This document shows positions 40,271-50,560 of a DNA stretch of 64,000 nt, in pieces. A model generated the notes under the pieces. That model was not told the origin of the DNA, searched no databases, and saw only the letters and a list, made by a program, of their open reading frames with translations. Positions within the stretch are counted from its first letter, which is position 1. Every line of letters starts with the position of its first letter. The stretch is from assembly GCA_014728035.1 (NCBI GenBank), contig WJMJ01000079.1, positions 1-64,000 on the forward strand. Reading direction: 5' to 3'. The stretch is from Promethearchaeota archaeon. GTDB lineage: Archaea > Asgardarchaeota > Thorarchaeia > Thorarchaeales > Thorarchaeaceae. The translations under genes were made by a program, and so were the position numbers.

Positions 40271-40390
40271 TTGTCAGAAGAGAAAGAATCAATGTCCGAG
40301 AAATTAAAGAAAGTATTTGGTGTTAAAATCTCTAAACCCAAAAATCCTTTCAAAGGAAATCCCTATAAAAAAGAGGAAAAAGAGGAGTAA
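40271..40390 (+). CDS. Small charged protein (39 aa), absent from the ORF track
   Basis: TTG-SEEKESMSEKLKKVFGVKISKPKNPFKGNPYKKEEKEE-TAA, preceded by GAGAGG, filling an otherwise empty gap. Confidence 0.5.
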   Translation: MSEEKESMSEKLKKVFGVKISKPKNPFKGNPYKKEEKEE

Positions 40391-40440
40391 TCACCTCCCA
40401 ATTATTTGCCTGTTATCACGCAGGCATCATCTTTTTTTGG

Positions 40441-41358
40441 TTGGTGTTTGTCATAAAATTTTCAATATCAGTCCCTAGAAGGTATAACCTACTATCCTCC
40501 ATCCATGCTTGGATCTATCCAGATATTCAACCAGTTCCAGAAAGAACTGGTGAACAGTGGTTTGGTAGATTGTTTACATTTGATGAATCAGAAGTTCCTT
40601 TGTACATATCCCAACAATCCCCTGGTGAGGATTTAGAAATCCATTGTATTGAATCTGAGGTACCTAAGCAAAAAATCATAGAAAAAATAGAGTCTATCTT
40701 GTCGCTAAATTATGACATCCGACCATCCCTAGATATCATATCTGAGGAATTTGAATTTGATAAGCTTGAAGAGGAAATTTCCGGAATTAGGCCGTACCTC
40801 TCAGATACACTATATGAAGCATTAGTGAAATCAATAATTCAACAGCAGGTTTCATATAGAGCAGCAAATGTTTTGACAAAACGATTAGTTGAGTTCGTCG
40901 CAAGTCCGATAACCTTTCATAGTCAAGATTTGTTTGGATTTCCAAAATATACTCAACTTCTAAAGCTTGGAGAGAATGGTCTTAGAGAGCTAGGTATTGG
41001 ATTCAAATCTCCATATATATTGCAGATCTCTGAAAAAATAAGATCCGGTGAGTTAAATTTAGAAACTTTGAAAGACAGTTCATACCATGAAATCAGTAAA
41101 ATCTTGAGACCTATCAAAGGAATTGGTGATTGGACAATTCAAGCGTTATTAATTGCTGGAGTGGGAGATTTTTCACAATTTCCGTATGGAGACCTTGGGA
41201 TACAAAATCTGTTAGGCCGAATCTATAACAACGGCATACGCATAAAAAAGCAAAAAGTAATAGAAATATCATCAAAATGGGGTGAATCCGGCCCTATGGT
41301 CTTGTATTTGCTTATGTGTGCAGATGTATTGGGACTTCTTGGAGATTTGTCTCGTTAG
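40441..41358 (+). CDS. HhH-GPD DNA glycosylase (AlkA/Ogg1-like)
   Basis: YEALVKSIIQQQVS, FP, IKGIGDWT and FPYGDLGI. Confidence 0.88.
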   Translation: MVFVIKFSISVPRRYNLLSSIHAWIYPDIQPVPERTGEQWFGRLFTFDESEVPLYISQQSPGEDLEIHCIESEVPKQKIIEKIESILSLNYDIRPSLDIISEEFEFDKLEEEISGIRPYLSDTLYEALVKSIIQQQVSYRAANVLTKRLVEFVASPITFHSQDLFGFPKYTQLLKLGENGLRELGIGFKSPYILQISEKIRSGELNLETLKDSSYHEISKILRPIKGIGDWTIQALLIAGVGDFSQFPYGDLGIQNLLGRIYNNGIRIKKQKVIEISSKWGESGPMVLYLLMCADVLGLLGDLSR

Positions 41359-41403
41359 AAAAGGAATAAAAGACTAGACCATGAAGAATTATCAAACTAG
41401 AGT

Positions 41404-42564
41404 GTGAATCATTTGTCGAAATCAAAGAAGAACTCAAAACTTTGGCGAATCTATTCCATGTTTTTGAAGGAGCTCAGATTGATTTCCAATGACAAATTCG
41501 CTCTATTACTGGTATTTGTTTTACCTGCCATGATTATGGGCACCATGTATGTTGCTATCAATCAGAATCAGGCTTTTGCTCCTGTTGATGATAGTGGCAA
41601 ATCTGAAGATGCACTCACTTTGGGATTAGTTGATAGAGACCCTACAGATACTTTTCCTGGAGAAGATCTATCTCAAAATTTCACTTGGTATTTACAAAAC
41701 AGTCCAAATTTCATAGTCATATTATATGAAGATGAAGCGGCTGCTCGTGACGCATTATATCGGGATGAAGTTAATGCATACGCTGTTATTCCCTATGGCT
41801 TTGAGGGAAACATCACTGGTGACATTCCTGCATTTGTGGATGTTCATATCAGCAGTACTGATTTCGAAAGCCAAGCTGATGTATTCTCTTTCTTTAGTGA
41901 AGTTGTTCAGGACTTTCGCTATGATCATGGTTGGATAAAAGGAGAAATTGCTACTGAACGAGTCAGAGAATTTGAACCAACTGGTAATTATACTGCCGCA
42001 ACTTTTGGTGTTTTTATGCTGGTTTTTGCAGTTTTCATTGCAACTTCTGCAACTGCGGCACAAGCTATTGTTGGTGATATTCCACTAAATAGAATGCTAC
42101 TTACACCTGCAACAAAAATGGAGGCAATACTTGCAAAAACAGCTGCATATTTTATCGTGGGTGTAATACAGACACAGTTTCTTCTGATATTATGGATGGG
42201 ATTGTTTCAAATTGTGCCAAATACTGATTATTTGACTTTGAATGCAATACTTGGCCTGATGTCCCTTTCAGGGTCCGCTCTTGGTGTAGTAATATCTACA
42301 CTAGTAACTACGCGCTTACAAGCAAATCAATCTTTTCTCTTTCTATTATTTGCTTCAGTGATATTTGGGACTGGTTTTGTACCCGTTGGAATTGTAGATG
42401 AAGTTTTTCCACTCAATCTGGGAAGAGTAATGATTATTGATTGTGCTTTCAAAGGAATACTCCTATCAAACTTCATGAGTGAGATTGGCATTATTTTGGT
42501 TTTCTCTCTTTGTCTCATTCTCGTTGCTTGGATTATATTTTCACGACGGCAAAGTCTCGCCTAA
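41404..42564 (+). CDS. ABC-2 type permease with an extracellular domain
   Basis: KELR...D, an extracellular loop with AVIPYGF, RMLLTP...AK and six TM helices. Confidence 0.85.
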   Translation: MNHLSKSKKNSKLWRIYSMFLKELRLISNDKFALLLVFVLPAMIMGTMYVAINQNQAFAPVDDSGKSEDALTLGLVDRDPTDTFPGEDLSQNFTWYLQNSPNFIVILYEDEAAARDALYRDEVNAYAVIPYGFEGNITGDIPAFVDVHISSTDFESQADVFSFFSEVVQDFRYDHGWIKGEIATERVREFEPTGNYTAATFGVFMLVFAVFIATSATAAQAIVGDIPLNRMLLTPATKMEAILAKTAAYFIVGVIQTQFLLILWMGLFQIVPNTDYLTLNAILGLMSLSGSALGVVISTLVTTRLQANQSFLFLLFASVIFGTGFVPVGIVDEVFPLNLGRVMIIDCAFKGILLSNFMSEIGIILVFSLCLILVAWIIFSRRQSLA

Positions 42565-42638
42565 TTCTTAATTCATGTGTAATAGTCTTAAGGTATGGAT
42601 GTATAGTACTAAACACTTCATTAAAGGAATTGAATTCA

Positions 42639-42842
42639 TTGAGTGTTGTAAAAGTAATTGAACTAATCGGAGAGAGTCCCACGAGCTGGGAAGAAGCCAC
42701 AAAGAATGCACTAGCTGTTGCAAACAAGACCATAAGAAACATTGTTGGTATTGATGTTGATCACTTCACAGCAAAGGTCAAAGAAGGCAAAATTACTGCT
42801 TTCCGTGCGAATGTTAGAGTGGCTTTCAAATACGAAGAATAA
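42639..42842 (+). CDS. Dodecin (flavin-binding protein)
   Basis: KVIELIGESPTSWEEA...KTIRNI...VAF, with TTG start at 42639. Confidence 0.92.
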   Translation: MSVVKVIELIGESPTSWEEATKNALAVANKTIRNIVGIDVDHFTAKVKEGKITAFRANVRVAFKYEE

Positions 42843-42852
42843 TATCGTTATT

Positions 42853-42883
42853 GGAGTATCCAATGATACTCCCTCATTTTTTT
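42853..42883 (+). terminator. Hairpin plus T7 after dodecin
   Basis: ggagtatc-caat-gatactcc, then ttttttt. Confidence 0.65.
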
Positions 42884-42935
42884 GGATATAGAATTATTAG
42901 TGGTGCCTTAATAGCACGCTGAAATATGATATTAC

Positions 42936-43493
42936 ATGAGGGACCGATATCCATCTATGTTTACAGGTGCTACATCCGAAAATGGCGAACGTCCATATTC
43001 AGATATCGATAGCACAAATCTTTGGAAGATTGCATCTGACTCTTCTATATTGCTTATACTACGTGAGAATCCCCTATTGGAATTGGCTATAAGAGCAGAT
43101 TCAAAGATATTACTTGTCTGTGATACACTCCTAGAATCGGGAGAATTAGATGAATGGTATCTTGCAATTCAACTATTATGTACTTTGGGTACAAAAAATG
43201 CGGTTCAAAGATTACTTGTGTTATATGAGATATCTGATGCAACTGACAAAGAACTAATCGTTCGAATGCTATCTAGAATAATCATTCGAAGGCGAGCAAA
43301 ACGGTTTAGAAAAACCTTGAAGTCTCTCTCTTTTACTGAACCAATGGATTCTGTCGACTGGAGAAAGATAGCTATCAGAATGCTAACAGAAGTCTGTTCT
43401 GTGTTTGGAACTTCTCCGTTGATGATTCCCCTGGATTCTCCTAAAACGGAAGAAGATAATATGTATTCCAGAAAACCAGTCCGAAATTATTAA
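42936..43493 (+). CDS. Hypothetical protein with a possible HEAT-like helical repeat
   Basis: AIQLLCTLGTKNAVQRL resembles a HEAT unit. The 3' end overlaps the convergent gene by ~50 nt. Confidence 0.5.
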   Translation: MRDRYPSMFTGATSENGERPYSDIDSTNLWKIASDSSILLILRENPLLELAIRADSKILLVCDTLLESGELDEWYLAIQLLCTLGTKNAVQRLLVLYEISDATDKELIVRMLSRIIIRRRAKRFRKTLKSLSFTEPMDSVDWRKIAIRMLTEVCSVFGTSPLMIPLDSPKTEEDNMYSRKPVRNY

Positions 43494-44280
43494 TTCCATG
43501 TGCAATTATTGGACTTACTAATGAATAATTCCTCCATTGTGCTAGTAATCCAAGGATAACTCCAAGAAGGAATCGAGTTGGAACCCCGAGGATATCCAGA
43601 TGTAAAACTGCAAAAATCAATGAAGTAACTACTACTGCCCAATCTTTGTATTTTTCTTTTGATGAGCTAAAGTATATTTCAAACCTTCTTTGTAGAAAAC
43701 CTCTGAATAGTATCTCTTCAGTGACTCCTATTACAAAGATCATACACACTGCCCAACCTACTAATTCAAGGGGATCATGCGCAATTAGCATCTGGTCTTG
43801 ATAGAGGGGTTCCCCAGTGGTTTCAACAGTAATGAGTGTTAGAATAATACTTAGAGCCAGCATCCCAATTCCTGCAATAATTCCAATTCCAATTTCTATT
43901 GCAGGTTTTTTTGCCTTGATTCCAATTGCTCCAAGATGTAATCCTTTATTTTTCACATATCTAATAGGAATTATAATGAAACCAAACTGGCCAATACTGA
44001 TGAAAATAAACGCCCAAGGCTCAAAGATAATGGATAAACTCGATGAAATCGTTATTAGACCCGTTACTATGGCTATCAAGGTTGTTACTGCAGTTACCGC
44101 CATTCCCAGAGCAAAAGCTGCCCCTGTTTTCAGTAATATCTTGAACATTCTATCCCAATCGATGTCACGTTCCAACCACGTACCTGGTTCAAAGATCCCT
44201 ATGCTTGAATCAGCTTCTTCCATTTCCAAACGGTCGGGATCATCCATTACCATTTTGAGGTACCTCTTATCGTCCTTCAC
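43441..44280 (-). CDS. CPBP (Abi / CAAX type II) intramembrane glutamic protease
   Basis: EEILFRG, FAVLH and AHGINN. Confidence 0.9.
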   Translation of the reverse strand: MKDDKRYLKMVMDDPDRLEMEEADSSIGIFEPGTWLERDIDWDRMFKILLKTGAAFALGMAVTAVTTLIAIVTGLITISSSLSIIFEPWAFIFISIGQFGFIIIPIRYVKNKGLHLGAIGIKAKKPAIEIGIGIIAGIGMLALSIILTLITVETTGEPLYQDQMLIAHDPLELVGWAVCMIFVIGVTEEILFRGFLQRRFEIYFSSSKEKYKDWAVVVTSLIFAVLHLDILGVPTRFLLGVILGLLAQWRNYSLVSPIIAHGINNFGLVFWNTYYLLPF

Positions 44281-44397
44281 TAAGTCTAAGATAAGCCTTT
44301 AGTTCTAAGTTGTTAATTTGCTGCATTAGTAGAATCTAAAACAATATTTGCGAATAATATCTAAGATGTATCTATACTAAATTCAGGTGAAATCCAT

Positions 44398-46395
44398 TTG
44401 GAAAATTTTGATGCTCCAATGAATCCTAGACGTGGGACAGCTATTCTAATTGCTACAATAATCGTAGTATCTGGAATTGCAGCAATCGTGATTGTTCCAC
44501 GTGGATTGAAAATAGTCGGTTCTTCTGTTCGAATAGCTGTAATTGATTCTGGAATTAATGATATCTCAAATCTTGGGATGGCTATGGTAGCCGAGAAAAG
44601 TTTCATAAATGAATCCTATGGATATTCGTCAACTGATCCAACTACTGAAGATAGCAATCCTGATAGTATACAACATGGGACCATCATTGCAAAAATTCTA
44701 ACAGAAAATGCGGAAAATGTTGCCATAGTAAATGCAAAAGTTGTCACTTCTCGGAATCTTGCAACTGTGGCAGGTATAGTCAATGCAATAGAATGGTCGG
44801 TAGAGGAGGCTGATTGTGAAATAATTAATCTAAGCCTAGGAAGTGCAATTGTATCATCTGATTCTTTTCGTGAGATAATAAGATGGGCATTTCGGAAGGG
44901 TGTTGTTATTGTAGCAGCAGCTGGCAATAACGGGCGTGGAGGGATTGTAGGTACATCAATTGAATCACCATCTCTCTATCCTGAAGTAATTTGTGTAGGT
45001 GCAGTTGATGAAGAGGGAGATTTATACGAGTTCTCTGCTAGAGGTCCGCTTAGTGATCGTACAATAAAACCAGATATTTGTGCAGTTGGAGTGTATAACA
45101 GTAATGATGGTATCGTTTTTGGTACGAGCTTTGCTACACCACGTGTGACTGCAGCTGCAGCAGAAATCATTAGATATTGTAAAATAAACGAGCTGAAATG
45201 GACTCCTGGAATGGTAAAAGCTGTACTTATGCAAGGGGCAAAGCAATCGCATTATGAACCTTGGGAAACTGGAGCTGGCTTGGTTGATTTAGAGTATTCA
45301 CTACGATTTGTTGAAAGTGTTTCCAAAATGGATGGATTGCCCATGATTGCTTATGCAACCCCCAGACTCAATCCATTTGAGTTCGAGAGGTGGTATGTTA
45401 ATACCACTATTTATCTTACTATATCCCTTTTTTGTTCAGGATACGGTGAATTTGGTATAGAATATGCTGGTTCTGCAAAGGACTATATTATAGGACCATC
45501 GGAAATTGCTATAAATCAATCAGGCACTGTTGAAATCCAGCTTTATGTGAACTCCACTAAGAAACTACTCAACCTTCAAGGAGTAGTTTACTTCTCAGAA
45601 GATAATTATCGGAATGTTTGGTCACAGTTTCAATTTGATGCATATGTTCAACGGGCATCTGTTGCTTTTGATTTCACCCATACCTCTTGGAAAATGGATT
45701 CGATTTATGGTCAATTTAGAAATCTCTATACTGCATTGTCTATCCTGAATATTTCGGTAGAATCTATTCAAAATCGAGGTGATATTACAATTAGTAATCT
45801 TCAACGATTTGATGGAGTCATTGTATTTAATCCGTGTTCTTGGTCTATATCCGGAATTGGTAATTCTCTTTCATTAAATGAATCAATCCAATTCACTGAA
45901 AACGAAATTGCAACATATTTTAATTATTGGAACAATAGTGGAAATCTAATGATTCTAGGACTCTCTCCAGAGTATTCAGATATTCAATCAGCAAATTTAC
46001 TCTTGAATTCTTTTGACTATTCATTCATTAACATTTCAATTCCACTAGTCACCACATTTCTTAATGGTGTTCCTTCAACCTATTTGGTTGATTCATTAAG
46101 TCCACATCCCATTATGGATGGTATAAATTCCTTTGACTTTAATGGCTGCCCATTAGAAGTTCCATCACAGGCAGATGTTCTTGCTACTGCTGAGGTGATT
46201 ACTTCAACAGATAATGGAACCATAACTGAACAAATGAATCTCATTTCAACTTACAATACATCTGTATCTGGTAGAATTGTCGTATCAGGTAGCAATTTCT
46301 TCATGGATAACTATGCACTTGAGGGATTTTATCAGTCAAATCAAAATATCCAATTAGCATATCAGTCTATTTACTGGTTGTTAGGAATCATCTAA
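44398..46395 (+). CDS. Membrane-anchored S8 subtilase with a C-terminal GATase-like/GIFT-like domain
   Basis: N-terminal TM, catalytic motifs IDSG, HGT, AAGN and GTSFATP, then C-terminal FDFTH...GNLMILG...GRIVVSGS. Confidence 0.88.
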   Translation: MENFDAPMNPRRGTAILIATIIVVSGIAAIVIVPRGLKIVGSSVRIAVIDSGINDISNLGMAMVAEKSFINESYGYSSTDPTTEDSNPDSIQHGTIIAKILTENAENVAIVNAKVVTSRNLATVAGIVNAIEWSVEEADCEIINLSLGSAIVSSDSFREIIRWAFRKGVVIVAAAGNNGRGGIVGTSIESPSLYPEVICVGAVDEEGDLYEFSARGPLSDRTIKPDICAVGVYNSNDGIVFGTSFATPRVTAAAAEIIRYCKINELKWTPGMVKAVLMQGAKQSHYEPWETGAGLVDLEYSLRFVESVSKMDGLPMIAYATPRLNPFEFERWYVNTTIYLTISLFCSGYGEFGIEYAGSAKDYIIGPSEIAINQSGTVEIQLYVNSTKKLLNLQGVVYFSEDNYRNVWSQFQFDAYVQRASVAFDFTHTSWKMDSIYGQFRNLYTALSILNISVESIQNRGDITISNLQRFDGVIVFNPCSWSISGIGNSLSLNESIQFTENEIATYFNYWNNSGNLMILGLSPEYSDIQSANLLLNSFDYSFINISIPLVTTFLNGVPSTYLVDSLSPHPIMDGINSFDFNGCPLEVPSQADVLATAEVITSTDNGTITEQMNLISTYNTSVSGRIVVSGSNFFMDNYALEGFYQSNQNIQLAYQSIYWLLGII

Positions 46396-46790
46396 AGAAT
46401 GGGTGCAATATTCTCACAGGCAGCTTTCGCTGCATATACAAGAAGACCTGATTTCAATCCTTTATTAGCTGCTAGTACAAGAATAGCTTTTTCTCCTGCA
46501 CTCTTCATAATCATTTGACCTTGCTGATTGGTGAGTAGAATTTCTTCTAGCATGCCTTGATCCATTCTTTCTGCAGCCAAATCCGCGACTCCAAGGATTG
46601 ATGCTGCCATAGCTGCGATTTCCGCCTCCTCAAGACCTTGTGGTACCGCTGAGGCGATTGGAAGACCCTCCTTTGAAAGAAGCATCCATGCTCTTATGCC
46701 CGTTGCAAGTGACGTGGCCTCTTCCATAATCTGCCTTAGCTTTTCTTGTAACTGTTCAAAGTTCGGGTCAAACATAATAGCCACTCTCAT
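46392..46790 (-). CDS. Roadblock/LC7 domain protein
   Basis: LLSKEGLPIAS...IAAMAASILG...LEEILL...AILVLA. The likely start is ATG 46775. Confidence 0.9.
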   Translation of the reverse strand: MRVAIMFDPNFEQLQEKLRQIMEEATSLATGIRAWMLLSKEGLPIASAVPQGLEEAEIAAMAASILGVADLAAERMDQGMLEEILLTNQQGQMIMKSAGEKAILVLAANKGLKSGLLVYAAKAACENIAPIL

Positions 46791-46868
46791 TACGGCAGTT
46801 ATCTATCCTTCTTGTGATATTCCACATTAATAAACTTTGATTAGTTGAAGTCACCTGTGATTAAGTCA

Positions 46869-48077
46869 TTATTTTACTTTTCTTGCAAACCTTCTTCCGT
46901 AGTTTCGAGCTTCCTCTAATTCTTCTTCGGTTGGGACCCACTTTACAGTGAATGGCTCTTCGACAATATCCATCTTCCCTTTCTTCATACTTTCTTGAAT
47001 CTTTTCAACTGCTCCACCTGCCCATCCATAAGACCCAAAGGCTGCAGCTTTTTTGTCGACTGGTTTCAAGGCTTCAAAGTCGGACAGCAATGGTGCCACC
47101 GTTGGAAGAATTTCATTGTGTAAAGTAGAACTTCCAACTAGAATTCCTTTTGCTTCTAGTAAATCTGCCATTATGTCTCCTCGATCACTATGTGGTATCA
47201 ATCGTAGAAGCGGTTCTAATCCTTCATCATCAATTCCCTCAGCTATTGCTAAAGCAATTTTTGTTGTGCTTTCCCACATAGTATCCCAAGCAATTATGAT
47301 TTTATCTTCCATGAGTTCTCCTTTTGCCCATCCTAGGTACTTCTGGACTATCTCAAGAGGGTTCTTTCGCCAGATGACACCATGAGAAGGTGCAATGATT
47401 TTTATCGGAAGTTTCATTTCTAAGACCTCTTCAATTTTCTTTTTGACCATTCTACTCAATGGCCAGAGTATATTTGCATAGTACTTTTCTGCCTCACGCC
47501 ACAAAGTTGTCTGGTCTACTTCATCAGCAAATCTTTTTGCTGTTGCGAGATGTTGACCAAATGCATCATTTGGCAGAAGAACTTGTTCTTCGACATAATA
47601 GGTGAACATTGTTTCCGGCCAATGTAACATGGGAGCTTCAAAGAATTTCAATGTCTTTTGACCTAAATCAAGCTCATCACCAGTTTCCACTGTGTGGATA
47701 TTCCATCCATCAGGATAATGCTTCTTTAATGGCCCAACTGCTTTTTCTGTACAGACTAATGTGGCATTAGGCACCATTTCTAATACTTCTGGTATTGATC
47801 CCGAATGGTCCATTTCAGTGTGATTAGAAACAACATAGTCTATTTTTTCCGGATTGATTACAGATTTTATTCTTCTAAACATCTCATTACTAAATGGTCC
47901 AAAAACAGCATCAATCAATGCAATTTTCTCATCCACCAATAAGTATGCGTTGTACGTTGTACCGTGATGCACTGTATAACTGAACCCATGAAAATGTCTA
48001 ACATTGTAATCAACTGCTCCGACCCAGTATAGGTCTTTTACTATCTGTTTTGATTTCATTGTGATCATGTACCACAT
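46869..48077 (-). CDS. fprA: Flavodiiron protein (FprA, O2/NO reductase)
   Basis: GTTYNAYL, NHTEMDHSG, HWPE, DAFGQH, PSHG and flavodoxin FGSYGW. Confidence 0.94.
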   Translation of the reverse strand: MWYMITMKSKQIVKDLYWVGAVDYNVRHFHGFSYTVHHGTTYNAYLLVDEKIALIDAVFGPFSNEMFRRIKSVINPEKIDYVVSNHTEMDHSGSIPEVLEMVPNATLVCTEKAVGPLKKHYPDGWNIHTVETGDELDLGQKTLKFFEAPMLHWPETMFTYYVEEQVLLPNDAFGQHLATAKRFADEVDQTTLWREAEKYYANILWPLSRMVKKKIEEVLEMKLPIKIIAPSHGVIWRKNPLEIVQKYLGWAKGELMEDKIIIAWDTMWESTTKIALAIAEGIDDEGLEPLLRLIPHSDRGDIMADLLEAKGILVGSSTLHNEILPTVAPLLSDFEALKPVDKKAAAFGSYGWAGGAVEKIQESMKKGKMDIVEEPFTVKWVPTEEELEEARNYGRRFARKVK

Positions 48078-48190
48078 ACAATTAACTATATTTAACTGGG
48101 TTGGTTTCCAATTGGGAAGTATCTAATGTTTTATAGGAATTATCAAGTAGGTTTGGTGTTGGATATTATAGATATACGGATACGATCGAT

Positions 48191-48799
48191 TTGAAAAAAA
48201 CAGTAGATTTGCAAGTAGAATCCAAAGAAGAGATAATACAATGGAAAAAAGGCGTTCGGGTGTTAGGTATTTCTGAGAGCTTCTCAAAGGAACAAGAGAA
48301 AAGCACCGTTGTAGGTGTAATTATGAGAGGTGATAGAAGAGTTGATGGTTTTGGGTTCTGTAGACCTGAAGTTGGTGGTATGGATGTATCGAAAAATCTT
48401 CTTAAGATGTATTCAAAGTTAGAAAGAGATGATATCCGAGCATGGATTCTTGGCGGTACTGCTATATCTTGGTTCAATATTGTGGATATCGTTTCATTGT
48501 ACGAAGAGAGTGGGATACCAGTCGTAGCAGTTTCTTATAACCCCTCTGATGGAATTGACCAGTACATTAAACAATATTTTCCTAAAGATTGGAAAGAGAG
48601 ATTAGAAGTCTTTCATAGGGGTCCTGAGAGAGAGGCTATTAATCTTCGTCATGGATATCGTGTCTTCATTCGATACATTGGCTTTTCTAAAATGAGTGCA
48701 GTAAATCTCATTAACGCGTTTACAATAGATGGTAGAATTCCTGAACCAGTGAGAATGGCTCGATTAATCGCTAGCGCTATTCAACGAGATTTATTATGA
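48191..48799 (+). CDS. DUF99 family (endonuclease V-like)
   Basis: RVLGISESF, VGVIMRGD, FNIVD and GRIPEPVRMARLIA. Confidence 0.85.
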   Translation: MKKTVDLQVESKEEIIQWKKGVRVLGISESFSKEQEKSTVVGVIMRGDRRVDGFGFCRPEVGGMDVSKNLLKMYSKLERDDIRAWILGGTAISWFNIVDIVSLYEESGIPVVAVSYNPSDGIDQYIKQYFPKDWKERLEVFHRGPEREAINLRHGYRVFIRYIGFSKMSAVNLINAFTIDGRIPEPVRMARLIASAIQRDLL

Positions 48800-49453
48800 T
48801 TTATTGGCAATACAATATTTCTGATATAGCTTTTTCAATTCTATCCCGATTTCAGCAATAATATTGTAAGATTCATATTCCTCAATGAAATCGTCAATGT
48901 TTTCAAGAAAAGAATGAACTCGTTCAGTAGGAACTCCTGCTCTTACTATTGTTAATGCATGGACATACATATCAATCCTATCAGCTGCTTTCACAACGTG
49001 GGATTCCGTTGTTTCTTGTTTTAGAAACTCATGAAACAAAGAGATTGTACAACTTGTATTTTCTTTTCCAAAGAGTTCTTCTAGAGCTTTCTTTTCCGCT
49101 TCATGTTTCAACTCCAAAAACTTGCTATCAAACTCAGTTGCTTTCTTTGGAATGTCAGATATAATTGATTCACCGATATCATGGATAACCGCCATAGTGA
49201 CAGCTTTTTCTAAATCTATCATTCTTTTCTCTCTGATTAATGCTTCTGCAATTAGCAATGAGAGAACTGCTGTTCCAGTAGTGTGATCTGCAATTGACTC
49301 TCTGAAAGAGTCAGGTATTCCTGCCATAACCCAACCTGTTCTTTTCAAGTGCTTTAGTCTTTCAAAAGAAAAAACTGCTTGGATTATTTCAGAAGCAATC
49401 AAAAAATCACCAAAAAGAGATGGGAAAGGGAGGATGTTCCTCCCTATATCCAA
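48794..49453 (-). CDS. HD-domain hydrolase (YfbR/HDDC2-like 5'-deoxynucleotidase)
   Basis: LKHLKRTGW, ESIADH, HDIGES and KAADRID. The true start is probably a later TTG. Confidence 0.88.
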   Translation of the reverse strand: MDIGRNILPFPSLFGDFLIASEIIQAVFSFERLKHLKRTGWVMAGIPDSFRESIADHTTGTAVLSLLIAEALIREKRMIDLEKAVTMAVIHDIGESIISDIPKKATEFDSKFLELKHEAEKKALEELFGKENTSCTISLFHEFLKQETTESHVVKAADRIDMYVHALTIVRAGVPTERVHSFLENIDDFIEEYESYNIIAEIGIELKKLYQKYCIANKS

Positions 49454-49462
49454 AAACTCGTG

Positions 49463-50560
49463 CTACAAGTAAGCTGGCCATGTTTCATTTGCCAAATAGT
49501 ACTCATTGTAATACTTGACAGCTGCTATTGTATAATTGCTGATATACGTTGAGCTGTACTCGAAGCCAGTGATATTGACCCATCCTCCTTGAAGGCCAGT
49601 TACGTTTGATTGGATACCAGAGAATCTATTCCATAGTGTTTCATAAAGAATGTTGTATGTTGCTCTGTCAGTACGTGCAACTACACTTGTTGCAACCCAA
49701 CTGGGGTCAACTGGAATATCTGGATTAGCTGTTCCATAGTAATTCAAATCGTATTCTGCAGCAACTATGATTGGTCTCCTCTGAAGGTGATTAACATTTG
49801 GATCCAAGTACCAAGTTTGATTTACAGCTTCAAGACCAGCACGGATTCCTCTCATACTAGATCTAACAGGTGTAAATACAACTGTTGCATTATCTTCAAT
49901 AAAGAAATCATAAATCATGTCTTCTGCTGTATCATCATCATAGAAGGAATCAATATATCTGGTTGGAATGAGCGTGATGTTCAAATTATATGTTTCATTC
50001 GCTTCAATAACTCCTTCGATGAATCCATTAACAAGTTGTGTAATTTTTTCATTATCATTTACTGCAGCTAGTACTCCAACTGATTCGTTTCCAGCTCGTT
50101 CTGATGCTAAGAATGCAGCAATGATACCACCAAGATATGCTCCTTCGTTCATTAGAAAGTCTGCACTTACAATGTTATCACCGGAAACTTGTCCATTGAT
50201 TATTGCAAAATACTGGTTAGGATGTCTTTCCGCGACAGTTTCTAGTGCAGATTCAAAGAAGTTTCCTACAACTAGAATAAGCAGAAACCTTCCACTTGAT
50301 GCAAGGTTATCGAGAGTATCTTCAGCATCATCTAATGTGGTATTGAATGGTTCGTATGTTACTGAAACGTCAAATGACAGATTTTCTAATCCTTCTTGTA
50401 CTTGATTCGCCATACTTAGGTCGTTTAATCCCGGCTCCATTGTTACAATGGCAACACGAGATGGTTCATATGGATTGGCGATGAATAAAGTGGCGCCAAC
50501 TCCTGCAAATACTATTACGACGATCACTAAGGATGTCACGAGAGTCGATTTCGAGCTCAC
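49463..50560 (-). CDS. BMP-family substrate-binding protein
   Basis: GTG 50560 follows GGAGG. N-terminal anchor, GLND.S and EGAYLGGIIAA. Confidence 0.8.
   Translation of the reverse strand: MSSKSTLVTSLVIVVIVFAGVGATLFIANPYEPSRVAIVTMEPGLNDLSMANQVQEGLENLSFDVSVTYEPFNTTLDDAEDTLDNLASSGRFLLILVVGNFFESALETVAERHPNQYFAIINGQVSGDNIVSADFLMNEGAYLGGIIAAFLASERAGNESVGVLAAVNDNEKITQLVNGFIEGVIEANETYNLNITLIPTRYIDSFYDDDTAEDMIYDFFIEDNATVVFTPVRSSMRGIRAGLEAVNQTWYLDPNVNHLQRRPIIVAAEYDLNYYGTANPDIPVDPSWVATSVVARTDRATYNILYETLWNRFSGIQSNVTGLQGGWVNITGFEYSSTYISNYTIAAVKYYNEYYLANETWPAYL

Noticed and set aside
42510-42638. N-terminal extension of dodecin given by the ORF track
   Set aside because: It overlaps the upstream permease. 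The dodecin fold begins at TTG 42639.
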